From IMG/VR virus record IMGVR_UViG_3300028833_000081, positions 71,731-135,730 of that record: DNA of 64,000 nt. The stretch is one strand, 5' to 3'. Position numbers and translations under genes: made by a program. Shown piece after piece: positions 27,276 to 37,270 of the stretch (its first letter is position 1; the number at the start of each line of letters is the position of its first letter). The notes under the pieces were generated by a model. The model was not told the origin of the DNA, searched no databases, and saw nothing but the letters and a program-made list of their open reading frames with translations. Origin of the DNA: a virus (Duplodnaviria > Heunggongvirae > Uroviricota > Caudoviricetes).

Positions 27276-27766
27276 TGATAAACTTAGGAGAGTTGAGTAT
27301 AGCCGAAGAGACTAGTTTTGTTCAGTCGATGATGTTTTTCACAGGTATACTGGACGGAAGTCGAAGTTTCGGAATCGACACCAGTGGAACACGATTGGAT
27401 AATCCAACCATGTTCAGACCGATAATAAAACTGACTAATATCTTTTCCGATGGAACTTTTGGAACAGAGATTTCAGTAATCAGTTGTTATTCATTCTTAA
27501 CGGAAAATGTACGCTTTGAATGTCCACCTGTTAAAGTAAGTCCAGTGTATGATCACATTATGCTGAAATTCATGATAGGATCTTTAGAAAGAAAAGTAGA
27601 AACAATAAACCTTCTTACTGAAGCAAAAAACATTTCTATTGAGAATAGTTTCTCCGAATCCAGAGGTCAAAATGGACAAGTACCCCGGACTGAATTACGT
27701 CATAGCGATAACTATTATCGCTCTAGTCGCAGCAATAGTGATTCCCCCAATGGTGGAATCAACTAA
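27272..27766 (+). CDS. hypothetical protein (164 aa); 3' end overlaps the next gene in another frame
   Basis: ATGA overlap with the upstream gene. The C-terminal 35 aa look low-complexity. Confidence 0.35.
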   Translation: MMINLGELSIAEETSFVQSMMFFTGILDGSRSFGIDTSGTRLDNPTMFRPIIKLTNIFSDGTFGTEISVISCYSFLTENVRFECPPVKVSPVYDHIMLKFMIGSLERKVETINLLTEAKNISIENSFSESRGQNGQVPRTELRHSDNYYRSSRSNSDSPNGGIN

Positions 27767-27962
27767 GAATCTCTACTACGGATTTATCACTAGTAGGTTC
27801 AAGCCAAATAATTTCCAGTCTGTCATCAGACGTAAGAAGAAAAATGTACTGGTGTATGACAGATACATGCATACCTTTGTAGTGTATCAATATTATAATA
27901 AGACTTGGAACAAGGTAGCTTCTGCATTCCATGAGAGAGGAGTTGAAGGATTTATGCGGTAG
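27672..27962 (+). CDS. small membrane protein
   Basis: Start MDKYPGLNYV has agaggt 6 nt upstream. Hydrophobic helix VIAITIIALVAAIVI. Confidence 0.4.
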   Translation: MDKYPGLNYVIAITIIALVAAIVIPPMVESTKNLYYGFITSRFKPNNFQSVIRRKKKNVLVYDRYMHTFVVYQYYNKTWNKVASAFHERGVEGFMR

Positions 27963-28001
27963 CCAAGAACTATATAGTGAAACCTAACCCGGAGTAGCTA
28001 T

Positions 28002-28220
28002 ATGTTTCATGCAATAATCACTTTTAAACCTGATTCTCATGGACTCAGAGCTAAAACTCGTAAATTCGATTTGGAATATGACCCACAGCTCAACGAAAAC
28101 TACGATCGGCTGTGCAAGACTCTAGACATAGCCTATTGGGAAGGAACTCCTGCTCCCATTAAGGCTTCGTTTGGAGAAAATCTTCCAATGACTATTACAA
28201 GTTTGATAGCACTCTCGTAG
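28002..28220 (+). CDS. hypothetical protein (72 aa)
   Basis: ORF with ggagta upstream. Confidence 0.35.
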   Translation: MFHAIITFKPDSHGLRAKTRKFDLEYDPQLNENYDRLCKTLDIAYWEGTPAPIKASFGENLPMTITSLIALS

Positions 28221-28260
28221 TGTTATTTTTTCTATAACTAGAAATTGAAGGAGGCCTACT

Positions 28261-28407
28261 ATGGCTGAACAAACTGATTTATTTGGCTATACTGCTTCTA
28301 ATGAGGCTATCACCGCCGCTACAAACTTGGAAGCAGAAAAGCCTAAGAAACAAGAGAAGAAAGAAGAATCTTTCAAACCTTGCAAAGATCAAATTTCTTT
28401 TTTGTAA
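28261..28407 (+). CDS. small hypothetical protein (48 aa)
   Basis: Strong RBS gaaggagg 7 nt upstream of the ATG. Not in the ORF track (under 60 aa). Confidence 0.4.
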   Translation: MAEQTDLFGYTASNEAITAATNLEAEKPKKQEKKEESFKPCKDQISFL

Positions 28408-28467
28408 TCCTAACACAATGCTCCCATAGATGTTCTATGGGAGATTTTTAACCTCAAAGGAATAATT

Positions 28468-30261
28468 ATGGAACACCCAGAATGGAAAAACTCTATTCCG
28501 ATTGATCTTGTTGTACCCTATGTTGATTCATCTGATCCAGAATGGAAGAAGAATTTTAGAGAGACCATACGTCACTTTATTGGAGGTAACTCCCCATCAC
28601 GTTATAGACCGCTAGGCCTATTTAAGTATTTCTTCCGTGGCGTAGAAGCTAATATGCCATGGATTAGAAAGATTCATCTCATTGTTGCTTCTGAATCTCA
28701 GATACCATCTTGGATTGAACGAAAAAATCCAAGGCTCAATGTAGTTCTTCATAGGGATTATATACCTGCAGAGTTCCTGCCTACATTCAATAGCAATGTT
28801 ATTGAAATGTTCTATCATAGAATTAAGGATCTCTCCGAAAATTTCATTATTGCAAATGATGATATCATCGCAGCAAGTTATCATTCTGAGTATGATTATT
28901 TCAGAAATGATACTCCTGTTGATGTTAAGAATACAGCCTCGTTGAGAAAGAAGCTCGGAATTTATGATTTTAATACTACACTTGTGCACGATGCTGAAGT
29001 CTTACGCAAAGTAATGAATAACAAGAACATTCTTCCATTTTCTATCTATCACAAGTTTAATCCAATGAAGAAGAGCACAATGGTGGAACTCTGGTCTAAA
29101 GCTGGTGCTGATTTTAACAAAAGTCTAACAAGATCACCATTTAGACTGTCAAGGAACGTTACCTGGCATATATTCAGGTTTTATAGACTTCTTAAAGGAG
29201 AATTCATTCTCGACAATTCTATTCTTGATGGTTACAAGTTCATATCCGTAAAAAATCAGTTGAGCCTCAAGTCCGTGTCCATAAAAAGGTTTAAGACCGT
29301 TTGTCTCAATGACGATATTAAGGTTAATACACCGAAAGTAGAGCAAGAACTTAATCATCATCTAATTGAAGCTGTTGGCAACGCTGAATCCTCATTCGAG
29401 AAAGGTGCTGATCCTAGAAAACTCGCATTTGCTAGCCTGACAGTCAATAGACTAGAAGAGATGTCGATAGACGAACTGAAAAAGCACATTGTTCCAGTAC
29501 AGGATCCAGAGTTCATTATTTCGGTTACTTCATTCGGCAAACGCATTGCGAATATGGGCAGGATGGTTCACTCTGTCTTAGTACAAGGAAGAAGAGACGT
29601 TAAATTGTATCTATCGTTATATAAGGACGATGTTCCTAATATAACCCCGTTTATCAAACGGCTAATTGATGCTGATATAATCGGTCTTCTTGTTTCCGAT
29701 ACTGACTACGGGCCACATCTTAAATATATTCCAGCTATGGAAAAATTCAGAGATAAAGCCATCATTACTTTTGATGATGATCGTATTTACAGTACATTTT
29801 CACTTGACCGTCTGATTCAAAAGTATAAAGAAGTCAAGTATAAAAGTGTTATAGCTAATATCGCTATAGAAGTACAGCGACAGGGCGAAAAGGTTCTCCC
29901 AATGGTGAAATGGCGAAGCCATAGGATTCCCAGCCACGCTAAGTCTATGAAGGCTATGGCAGAGGGATTCGGAGGAGTCCTGTATCCGCCTAGTATTTTC
30001 CCTGATATGAATACCATAAAGAAAGAAGCTCTCGAAATAAAGTATGACGACGATCTATTCTTAAGGATTATGGAAAGTAGGCTTGGAATTCCTGTTACGA
30101 ATACAGATAAAAATGGCGTAAAGGAATTCTCCGCACAGATTAATGAGTCTCTTCCTTGGAATCTTCATGTTAATATCAACTCTATTACAAGTTCCGGTGG
30201 AAACCGTGATAGAATGATTAACAAATATTCTGCGGAGCTTCTTAAGATCGCAAAGTCTTAA
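28468..30261 (+). CDS. Stealth-family hexose-1-phosphotransferase fused to a second glycosyltransferase-like domain
   Basis: Stealth conserved regions in order: IDLVVPYVDSSDPEW (CR1), MPWIRKIHLIVASESQIPSWI (CR2), LPTFNSNVIEMFYHRI (CR3), IIANDDII (CR4). C-terminal 270 aa has GT-like SVTSFGKRI and DDD motifs. Confidence 0.75.
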   Translation: MEHPEWKNSIPIDLVVPYVDSSDPEWKKNFRETIRHFIGGNSPSRYRPLGLFKYFFRGVEANMPWIRKIHLIVASESQIPSWIERKNPRLNVVLHRDYIPAEFLPTFNSNVIEMFYHRIKDLSENFIIANDDIIAASYHSEYDYFRNDTPVDVKNTASLRKKLGIYDFNTTLVHDAEVLRKVMNNKNILPFSIYHKFNPMKKSTMVELWSKAGADFNKSLTRSPFRLSRNVTWHIFRFYRLLKGEFILDNSILDGYKFISVKNQLSLKSVSIKRFKTVCLNDDIKVNTPKVEQELNHHLIEAVGNAESSFEKGADPRKLAFASLTVNRLEEMSIDELKKHIVPVQDPEFIISVTSFGKRIANMGRMVHSVLVQGRRDVKLYLSLYKDDVPNITPFIKRLIDADIIGLLVSDTDYGPHLKYIPAMEKFRDKAIITFDDDRIYSTFSLDRLIQKYKEVKYKSVIANIAIEVQRQGEKVLPMVKWRSHRIPSHAKSMKAMAEGFGGVLYPPSIFPDMNTIKKEALEIKYDDDLFLRIMESRLGIPVTNTDKNGVKEFSAQINESLPWNLHVNINSITSSGGNRDRMINKYSAELLKIAKS

Positions 30262-30262
30262 C

Positions 30263-30302
30263 AAAAATAAATATCTCTAGGATTATCCTAGAGATATTTT
30301 AT
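30263..30302. terminator. bidirectional terminator between convergent genes
   Basis: Hairpin aaatatctctagg atta tcctagagatattt with flanking A-run and T-run. Confidence 0.6.
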
Positions 30303-32461
30303 TATCTTACAGGGCCAAGAGTAGTCATAGACCAAGATGCTTTGCTAGCCATATTCTCAATAGAGTTTTTAACAGCAGAAGGCATCATCTTAGAGAACTG
30401 AGCCATAGTCTTCAGCTTGGCAGACATGCTACCGCCAGAGTAGATTTCCTGATAGCCAACCCCGCATAAGGAGTCCAACCAAGCAGCCATATTGATATTT
30501 GCAGCATATCCGGCAGGGCCAGTAGGTAGAGCTAGGTATGGATCAATGTCAGTGATAGACATGTTCACTTCAATAGCCGAAGCCAAACCATTAGCGGTGT
30601 ATGTATTCTGGTCAGGAGCTCTTCTAAAGTCTAGAGAAGAGACGTATCCTTCACTGATAGAGAACATACCCGGACAATCACATCTGATTACGAACGGCGT
30701 TGTAGCACCATAAAAAGATGTCTGAATAGGCAACGAACAAGCTAGTAAAGCTAAGAAGGGCTTATACACATACTCAATCAGAGACTGATAGTTACCATAC
30801 GGTGACTCAAGTCTGAAAGAGAGCGTATAGGATCTGGACATGTCGGAGCTATTCCAGAATTTAGGCCAGTGCATGGTAGAATTACCTACGACAGCAGCGA
30901 TCGGGCTATCCGCACCAAACATTCTTGAAGCTCTCTTTTTCCACTTATCAGAGAAGGCTGTACCAATCATAGAAGAAAACTGATTGAATTTCTCACCAAT
31001 TTGGCTCTTCAAACCTTCAACAGTGGACTCAAGCATACCACCTTCAAAGTTATTGCTAGCATTTTCGGTGATAGTACAGTTAGGCCCAAGGGCGATTGCT
31101 AGATGACCCCAGCCACCCATATTCAGTTCACCTAGACCGTCACCGTCCTTCATCAGATCATCGATAACCATCGTAACGGCAGGTTTATTACTGATTCTTG
31201 CTAGTACTTTAGCCATCAGAGAAGAATAAACCATCTGATACTTCATAGGCGTAGGTTCAAACCAACCAAGGCGTTTATTATGATCCGCAGAGTATTTGAT
31301 CATCTTATAGATAGCCGAGTCAGTATCAAACACGAACATTCCGGTATCACCTTTCTCGAAGGCTTCTAGCTCTTTTTCAAGCTGATACGAAGATGCCTTA
31401 GCTTCCCTAGCTTTGAAACCGCCATACCAGAGATTACCCGGAATGATGTTCAACACATGAGTAGTGGCAATCACATGGTTGTTATACAACCTGTGCATAG
31501 GGTCAATAACAAAACTAGCAGTCGGAGGGGTATTCATCACATAGGACTTATACATGGCTGTCGGAGATTTGTTAGCAACATCATGTGCATTGATATCAAA
31601 AACACGCCTGAACAAAGATACAGCATTAGTGAGCATTGATCCAGTATGCTGGATCATCTCATCCAGAACTTTTTTACCAAGATTGGCGAAACCAGTGATA
31701 GAAAAGCCCTCTTCAATAGCGGCGCCAATCTGGGAAGCTGCATCTACAGATTTATCAAATATTTCTTTGAATTTTCCAGAGAGGAAAGAAGCGATTGAGT
31801 TGATTTTCTTATTGACAGTATCCTCAAGATGCGAAGCATCACTAAAGATGCCTTCAAGCATACTTTCGCCAGCATTGATCAAAGAATCAGCATCCTTAAA
31901 GTTTGCAAGAATCTGATCATCAGTCGTTTCGCCAGTAAGCAAACCAGCTAAAACCTTGCCTGTTTTGGTTTTAGCAATCTTATTGCCAAGAGCCTGAGCT
32001 TCAGCCATAAGACCGCCGCCAATACCAGAAGCACCAACCATTCGAGCTAGCACATAACCAAGACCACTTTGGGTACCATAACCGTGCTGGTCGAGTTTCA
32101 TTTCCTTAAGTACTTGCTTAAATACTTCATGATTAGCCATCTGGCCATATCCGGCATTCACGAATGCATAGAACTGCCAGTTATCGTCAGCCCTAATATT
32201 CGCAGCAAAATCACCAATACCCTGATGGGTATCGGCTGTCCACTGAAGACGCTGATGGAAATTGGCCTTTCCTAGAGCACTACGATCATCTTTGATTGAT
32301 TTACGGCCGGAAAGATATTCAGCCATACTTCTGTATGGACTGGAACCAAACATTGCCGTTTCCTCTCCTTCAAGATAAAGCTTCTGATCTTCGTCAGGTG
32401 AAAGGTCAACATTTCCTTTGATAGAGCTTAGGCTAGCCCAAGTATTGTCTGTAACAGCCAT
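30302..32461 (-). CDS. large structural protein (719 aa), capsid or tail, unassigned
   Basis: Long minus-strand ORF standing alone between terminators. No enzymatic motifs recognised. Gly/Ala/Ser-rich. Confidence 0.5.
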   Translation of the reverse strand: MAVTDNTWASLSSIKGNVDLSPDEDQKLYLEGEETAMFGSSPYRSMAEYLSGRKSIKDDRSALGKANFHQRLQWTADTHQGIGDFAANIRADDNWQFYAFVNAGYGQMANHEVFKQVLKEMKLDQHGYGTQSGLGYVLARMVGASGIGGGLMAEAQALGNKIAKTKTGKVLAGLLTGETTDDQILANFKDADSLINAGESMLEGIFSDASHLEDTVNKKINSIASFLSGKFKEIFDKSVDAASQIGAAIEEGFSITGFANLGKKVLDEMIQHTGSMLTNAVSLFRRVFDINAHDVANKSPTAMYKSYVMNTPPTASFVIDPMHRLYNNHVIATTHVLNIIPGNLWYGGFKAREAKASSYQLEKELEAFEKGDTGMFVFDTDSAIYKMIKYSADHNKRLGWFEPTPMKYQMVYSSLMAKVLARISNKPAVTMVIDDLMKDGDGLGELNMGGWGHLAIALGPNCTITENASNNFEGGMLESTVEGLKSQIGEKFNQFSSMIGTAFSDKWKKRASRMFGADSPIAAVVGNSTMHWPKFWNSSDMSRSYTLSFRLESPYGNYQSLIEYVYKPFLALLACSLPIQTSFYGATTPFVIRCDCPGMFSISEGYVSSLDFRRAPDQNTYTANGLASAIEVNMSITDIDPYLALPTGPAGYAANINMAAWLDSLCGVGYQEIYSGGSMSAKLKTMAQFSKMMPSAVKNSIENMASKASWSMTTLGPVR

Positions 32462-32539
32462 AAGAACCTCATTATTTCATTCAAAAGTTTCCATACAAAA
32501 AATAGCATATTATATGATAGTCTTACATAAGGAGTTCGT

Positions 32540-32755
32540 ATGACTGACGAAAGAAGAAAGTTTGTGGACATGATTGTCGAATTGCTTAACAATGAATCTG
32601 GAGCGGAGCTTCAGGTGATCACCCAATTCAACAGCATTGGCGTTGCAAGGGTAGATGGCTTCGGAAATATCCGTGGTGAATGGTATAATCTCGAAGGATA
32701 CAACACTCTTGGAATCCTAAGGCAGATCATGGCATGTACGCAGGATATTCAATAG
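32540..32755 (+). CDS. hypothetical protein (71 aa)
   Basis: RBS aaggag 8 nt upstream. Confidence 0.45.
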   Translation: MTDERRKFVDMIVELLNNESGAELQVITQFNSIGVARVDGFGNIRGEWYNLEGYNTLGILRQIMACTQDIQ

Positions 32756-32769
32756 CAGGAGCATGACTA

Positions 32770-33213
32770 ATGCTGTTTTGTGACTTAGTAACTTATAAAG
32801 CCTTGGATAAGGCAATTACCTACGACAAATTCAAAGAAGTTCTTGAAAGTATTCCAGAAGATCCTAAGATCACTGACATATTTGTCGATAACTTTGGTAA
32901 CTATGCGAGGACTACCAAAAATAAAATCTTCGCCTATGCAGACAGAGGTAAGGGTACTTTCAGGATCGAGGTTATGCCCAAGGTTGACCAAGGCATTAGT
33001 CTGTACCATTTTGAATGTGGCGGGTTCGATAATAAGCAAATAGAGTTCGTTGTAGTGGACTATGCAGCTGCTATTATCAAGCCGGAACACTTTGATAACA
33101 AGAGATTGTTCTTGGCCTATGCAAAAAAGTTATACCAATACTTCTGTGTATTCTTCTCTAACGAAGACTGCAAAAGACTACAAGAAGACTATGAAACAAT
33201 AGGTGTCACCTAA
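32770..33213 (+). CDS. hypothetical protein (147 aa)
   Basis: ORF with aggagc upstream. Confidence 0.5.
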   Translation: MLFCDLVTYKALDKAITYDKFKEVLESIPEDPKITDIFVDNFGNYARTTKNKIFAYADRGKGTFRIEVMPKVDQGISLYHFECGGFDNKQIEFVVVDYAAAIIKPEHFDNKRLFLAYAKKLYQYFCVFFSNEDCKRLQEDYETIGVT

Positions 33214-33253
33214 TCCTGAAAACTCTCTATCGAATTCAATAAAGGAGGAATCT

Positions 33254-33754
33254 ATGAAGTTTGATCTTAGAGCTTATAGAGATCTCGGGAAGTGTTCTAC
33301 TGGAACTCTTCTAGATTTCTGGGATACTGACAAAGACAAGATCTTTCTGAGTGGCAAGGAAGTCGAGATCAAAAAGGTCGAAGACTTGTTTCCGTTCCTT
33401 TGGAGAAGTGCAGGATGCTCGACAGGTTCCAATGATGGATTCCAACAGTACTTCTTTGAAACTCCAATAGGATACTGGTGGGATCGCTATGAAGAAGATC
33501 GTATTCAGAGAATCGCTGGAAAGTGCAAAAGCTGGATCCGAAGAAAAGGCAAAGATATTGACGCATACCTTGAATCTGATGATGTTAAGTTTGAGGATGC
33601 CGAACTAATCAAACAGATCTTTCCGATTATTGCCGAAGCTCCATATTCCAAGAAGACACCAGAGATTCCTAAAACTGTGAAATCTCAAATGTACAAGAAT
33701 TACATGAGATGGCTAGCTGAGAATCAGAAAGCCATACTCGAAGCAAATAAATAA
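33254..33754 (+). CDS. hypothetical protein (about 166 aa)
   Basis: Start moved to MKFDLRAY, with aaaggagg 6 nt upstream. Confidence 0.5.
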   Translation: MKFDLRAYRDLGKCSTGTLLDFWDTDKDKIFLSGKEVEIKKVEDLFPFLWRSAGCSTGSNDGFQQYFFETPIGYWWDRYEEDRIQRIAGKCKSWIRRKGKDIDAYLESDDVKFEDAELIKQIFPIIAEAPYSKKTPEIPKTVKSQMYKNYMRWLAENQKAILEANK

Positions 33755-33758
33755 AATG

Positions 33759-33788
33759 ATTCGTGGTGACCCCACGAATTATTTTTTA
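33759..33788 (+). terminator. rho-independent terminator
   Basis: Hairpin attcgtgg tgacc ccacgaat, then a T-run. Confidence 0.55.
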
Positions 33789-33823
33789 TCTTGTATATAA
33801 TAATGTGAACAAAGGAGTTTGAA

Positions 33824-34222
33824 ATGAGCGGACTTAGTAGAGACGAGGTTATGCGATATGCCATCAAGGAGAAAAATCGATATGTGTTATTTCCGACCTT
33901 GTTGGAAGCCATGTGTATGAATATGACTCAGGATGAAGGCAATGATTCTCTTGTTTCTTATTCTCCCGGAATAGGAATGATTGGGTTTAGATGGATAACG
34001 CCTCCCATGTATGTAAACTTCAACGGAAGAGAAGAGAACCACCGTTTGTTGCCAGTGATAATCACGCATGTTGGTTCAGTTATTCATGATAAGACTATTA
34101 CGGAGGTAGACTTATCTGACGTGGTCGCATTTTGCATAGGAACACTTGAAGAAGCTGCTATTCGTGAACAGCTGCGTAGGATATACGAAAACACTCCGAA
34201 ATCTCTAGAGCAGGAGAATTAG
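33824..34222 (+). CDS. hypothetical protein (132 aa)
   Basis: RBS aaggag upstream. Confidence 0.5.
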   Translation: MSGLSRDEVMRYAIKEKNRYVLFPTLLEAMCMNMTQDEGNDSLVSYSPGIGMIGFRWITPPMYVNFNGREENHRLLPVIITHVGSVIHDKTITEVDLSDVVAFCIGTLEEAAIREQLRRIYENTPKSLEQEN

Positions 34223-34223
34223 T

Positions 34224-34973
34224 ATGGTAGTAAACGATGCCTTTCGTCTTTTCAGGGCGAATGGATTTGTATCTCAACGACATGAGGTAAGACTATATTT
34301 CACTGGAAGGAGTTTTTCCAGTATAGCATTTTGTTGTGACGGATCGAATTTTCAACAGACATCATTCATGGATGTTCTTCCAAAAGGTGATTGGAGACTT
34401 TCTACAAATCAAGTTAAAGAGATGAGCTTGTATGACATGATGTCTTCTATAATCGGAATGACTGAATGTTTTCTTACAGAAGGTCTTCATAATAAAACAT
34501 GGGAATCTATGGGATTATCAGATCTGGAAGAACTTAGAGGGATCCGTTCTGATGCCACCGTTCTCACGAATACCTTAGAAGAGGGTATAGATCGCATGGA
34601 CGATGTACGAGCAACTTTCAGGAGTAGACTTGCAAGAGCTGTAGGAGTTCCTGAGAGCTTGATATTTGGTGATGCATCAGTCAGAGTTGGAGCTAGCGCA
34701 CAATCTGCTATTCAGGCTGCACGAAGAACGGCAAGGATCAATTCGGTAACGATCAATTCTACTCGCAATGGAAGAACCTATGATCTGGCATCGCTATTTG
34801 AGCATCTTGAACTTGAGCCTAATATCGATCTGACTGGAATAATCTCCCACCCTGCACAACAAACCATAGCTACAGCTGATACTGCTGATGTAGTCGCACA
34901 ATCAGTACTAGCTGAACAATTATTGACGGAGGATATCCTTGCGCAACCGGGAACAGACAGAAGCAGAGACTAA
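34224..34973 (+). CDS. hypothetical protein (249 aa)
   Basis: Contiguous with the upstream gene. Confidence 0.5.
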   Translation: MVVNDAFRLFRANGFVSQRHEVRLYFTGRSFSSIAFCCDGSNFQQTSFMDVLPKGDWRLSTNQVKEMSLYDMMSSIIGMTECFLTEGLHNKTWESMGLSDLEELRGIRSDATVLTNTLEEGIDRMDDVRATFRSRLARAVGVPESLIFGDASVRVGASAQSAIQAARRTARINSVTINSTRNGRTYDLASLFEHLELEPNIDLTGIISHPAQQTIATADTADVVAQSVLAEQLLTEDILAQPGTDRSRD

Positions 34974-35373
34974 GAATAAAACATTGGACTTATACAAAGC
35001 CTATCATTTGTTAACAGCGTTATACTTGGTTAGTCCGGGGAATGTTATAGAGCCTCCAATGCTATTCTTTGCACCAGATCCATTTGGGAATCCTTGGCAT
35101 GGCATAGCGAGAATAGACTCTGAGCTTGGCTTTGACTATATGCTCTCAACATTTACGTCTATAAGCGAGAATGGCGCTTTTAGTATAGACAGGAGTATTG
35201 CCGATTATGACAAGACATTCCTTGAGGAAACCGATGTTCATCAGATTATGATAAACATTATAGGCATGTATGAGAAATCCATTGAGCTAATCTTGGCTGA
35301 TAAGTATCTGCCCAATTTAGTTAACAAGGAAGCCTTTACTGTGCCTATTTACAGATCTACACGAACATTTTAA
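34939..35373 (+). CDS. hypothetical protein (144 aa), start uncertain
   Basis: Overlaps the previous gene by 35 nt. An internal Met is possible. Confidence 0.4.
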   Translation: MRNREQTEAETKNKTLDLYKAYHLLTALYLVSPGNVIEPPMLFFAPDPFGNPWHGIARIDSELGFDYMLSTFTSISENGAFSIDRSIADYDKTFLEETDVHQIMINIIGMYEKSIELILADKYLPNLVNKEAFTVPIYRSTRTF

Positions 35374-35382
35374 GGACAAACT

Positions 35383-35721
35383 ATGGAAATCGCAGAACTA
35401 TCAAAAATACTGATCTCAACAGGTCATGACGATATTGCAGCTGGGCCAGTGTCTGAGAGAGACTTTTGGGTTCTATCACCGACATTTAAGTATGGTAGTA
35501 CCATATACGGCAGTATTGTTATAGACTACGAAGGATCCAAAATTAGTACTTACACAAAAATTGTCGATAACAGAGTCACCGCTGGGCGTGGTGATATATT
35601 TGAAGATGTTAAAAGTATAACAGCAGACATAATTTTAAAGCAAGTAATAGGCTTCGCTGAGAAGGCTTTAAGTCTTGTTCTCAGCGGTGAATATATACCT
35701 GCAAGGAGAGAAGATGCCTGA
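35383..35721 (+). CDS. hypothetical protein (112 aa)
   Basis: RBS aaggacaaactatg. Confidence 0.5.
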   Translation: MEIAELSKILISTGHDDIAAGPVSERDFWVLSPTFKYGSTIYGSIVIDYEGSKISTYTKIVDNRVTAGRGDIFEDVKSITADIILKQVIGFAEKALSLVLSGEYIPARREDA

Positions 35722-36337
35722 GAATGATGGCAGATGGAGTGACGAACGAGCGACCCATGCGGCTCAAATCAGGGCAGCAGTAAACCCTTGGGGAACTCCA
35801 TTCGGAAACACAGACGTAAGAACAGGTCGGAGGATTTTTCCTACGACAGTTGAACAAATGTTTGATCGTGGTGTCTGGAGAACGGAATTTATCAGTGGCA
35901 GTAAGAGACTAGCAGTCTACAAAGAAATAGTAGGCATGTTATTCGCGAATGGATATCTGATTACTAGAATTGCTCCGATGACTTTAGTCACTGAAGGTGG
36001 GCATCCTCCGGGAAGAGCTATACTATTCACACCGGAAACGGATTTTCCAAATCCAATGTTGATAGATATTCATGAACAGATTATCGAGCCTTATACCCAC
36101 TACAGTAGAATAGACCTGCTACAGATAAACATCTGCAGAAAACTTAATCAGGAAAGAACATGGGCTTCATACATTGTTGGTAATGAAGCTCCCATAAATT
36201 TTCTGATGAAGGCTATCACTGGAAACTGCGAATTCATCAAACAGTGGAAGAATGCTAGGGAAGTTAGCCCTACAGCAGACTACTGGGTAGAGCTCGAAAA
36301 TGGCTCTAGACAATACAATGGCTTTTATCCCGTATAG
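35714..36337 (+). CDS. hypothetical protein (about 207 aa)
   Basis: Start moved to MPENDGRW, with aaggagagaag upstream. Confidence 0.5.
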   Translation: MPENDGRWSDERATHAAQIRAAVNPWGTPFGNTDVRTGRRIFPTTVEQMFDRGVWRTEFISGSKRLAVYKEIVGMLFANGYLITRIAPMTLVTEGGHPPGRAILFTPETDFPNPMLIDIHEQIIEPYTHYSRIDLLQINICRKLNQERTWASYIVGNEAPINFLMKAITGNCEFIKQWKNAREVSPTADYWVELENGSRQYNGFYPV

Positions 36338-36345
36338 GAGGGTTT

Positions 36346-36828
36346 ATGTCTGAGCCGTGTGAAGATCATGGACTATTTAACAGAGCTATAAAAATGACTC
36401 TAGCACTTGGATATTCAAGAATCGAACATCCAGGAGATACATTCAATGGACGGTTCGCATTCATCTTTGACAGAGAGACTATTGCTAGAGTAATGCTAGA
36501 CTTATCCACTAGACTAGATGTGATGATCCATACCATAACGTATACAAAAATTAAACTTGATGGTGTTTTGTTCATGACTATTCTTAGACGAGAAGATATA
36601 AGAGATGAAGACCTTACACAACCGGGAGTCTTCGAACGTTATGGTGATGTTATGATTGGCTATCTCGAAAAATTCCTTGTAGAATTCAGAGACGATATGG
36701 AGGCAGGATGTTTTCAGGAGGTTAAGAAAACCCCGTTCGGATTCGTCTATGATCTTTGTATTCCTGAAGAAGCAATGGAAGCTATTATCGAGAATCGTAA
36801 GAAAAATAAAAAGTATATAAAGATATGA
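36346..36828 (+). CDS. hypothetical protein (160 aa)
   Basis: RBS ggaggg upstream. Confidence 0.5.
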   Translation: MSEPCEDHGLFNRAIKMTLALGYSRIEHPGDTFNGRFAFIFDRETIARVMLDLSTRLDVMIHTITYTKIKLDGVLFMTILRREDIRDEDLTQPGVFERYGDVMIGYLEKFLVEFRDDMEAGCFQEVKKTPFGFVYDLCIPEEAMEAIIENRKKNKKYIKI

Positions 36829-36847
36829 TAACAATAGGAAAAAGACT

Positions 36848-37270
36848 ATGGATGATTCTAGCATTACACCATATGTGACTAAATTTGCAAGATGCTTTAT
36901 GATGGCAAAGAACTTTGAAACCGAAGATAGCGGCATTGAGTATAGCTTCACTTTTGACATGGATGCTACTGCTGGAATGGGCGCAGATTACCCAATGCAG
37001 ATTAATTTCGAAGAAGAGTATATCATTGTCTATCGTGAAGTGAAGCCTAACAGCAATTATCCCGGATTAGCTTTCTGCTATGATGACAGCGCAAAGTGCC
37101 GTGTCTATTATGGGGATTGCCCATATTCTGAACGCAAGAAGGTCATTAATGAACTTTCTGACCTTTTAATCGGTCTCATGGAGGAATGCATGAAATGGTT
37201 CAATGATGGGCTAATGAAAAAGGACTACTATGGATATTACTATCCTAAGACTATCCCAGCGAGGCCATAA
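36848..37270 (+). CDS. hypothetical protein (140 aa)
   Basis: RBS aggaaaaagactatg. Confidence 0.5.
   Translation: MDDSSITPYVTKFARCFMMAKNFETEDSGIEYSFTFDMDATAGMGADYPMQINFEEEYIIVYREVKPNSNYPGLAFCYDDSAKCRVYYGDCPYSERKKVINELSDLLIGLMEECMKWFNDGLMKKDYYGYYYPKTIPARP

Noticed and set aside
27672-27962. Small membrane protein as a type IV prepilin
   Set aside because: The hydrophobic N-terminus lacks the G/FTLIE prepilin cleavage motif and the conserved Glu5.
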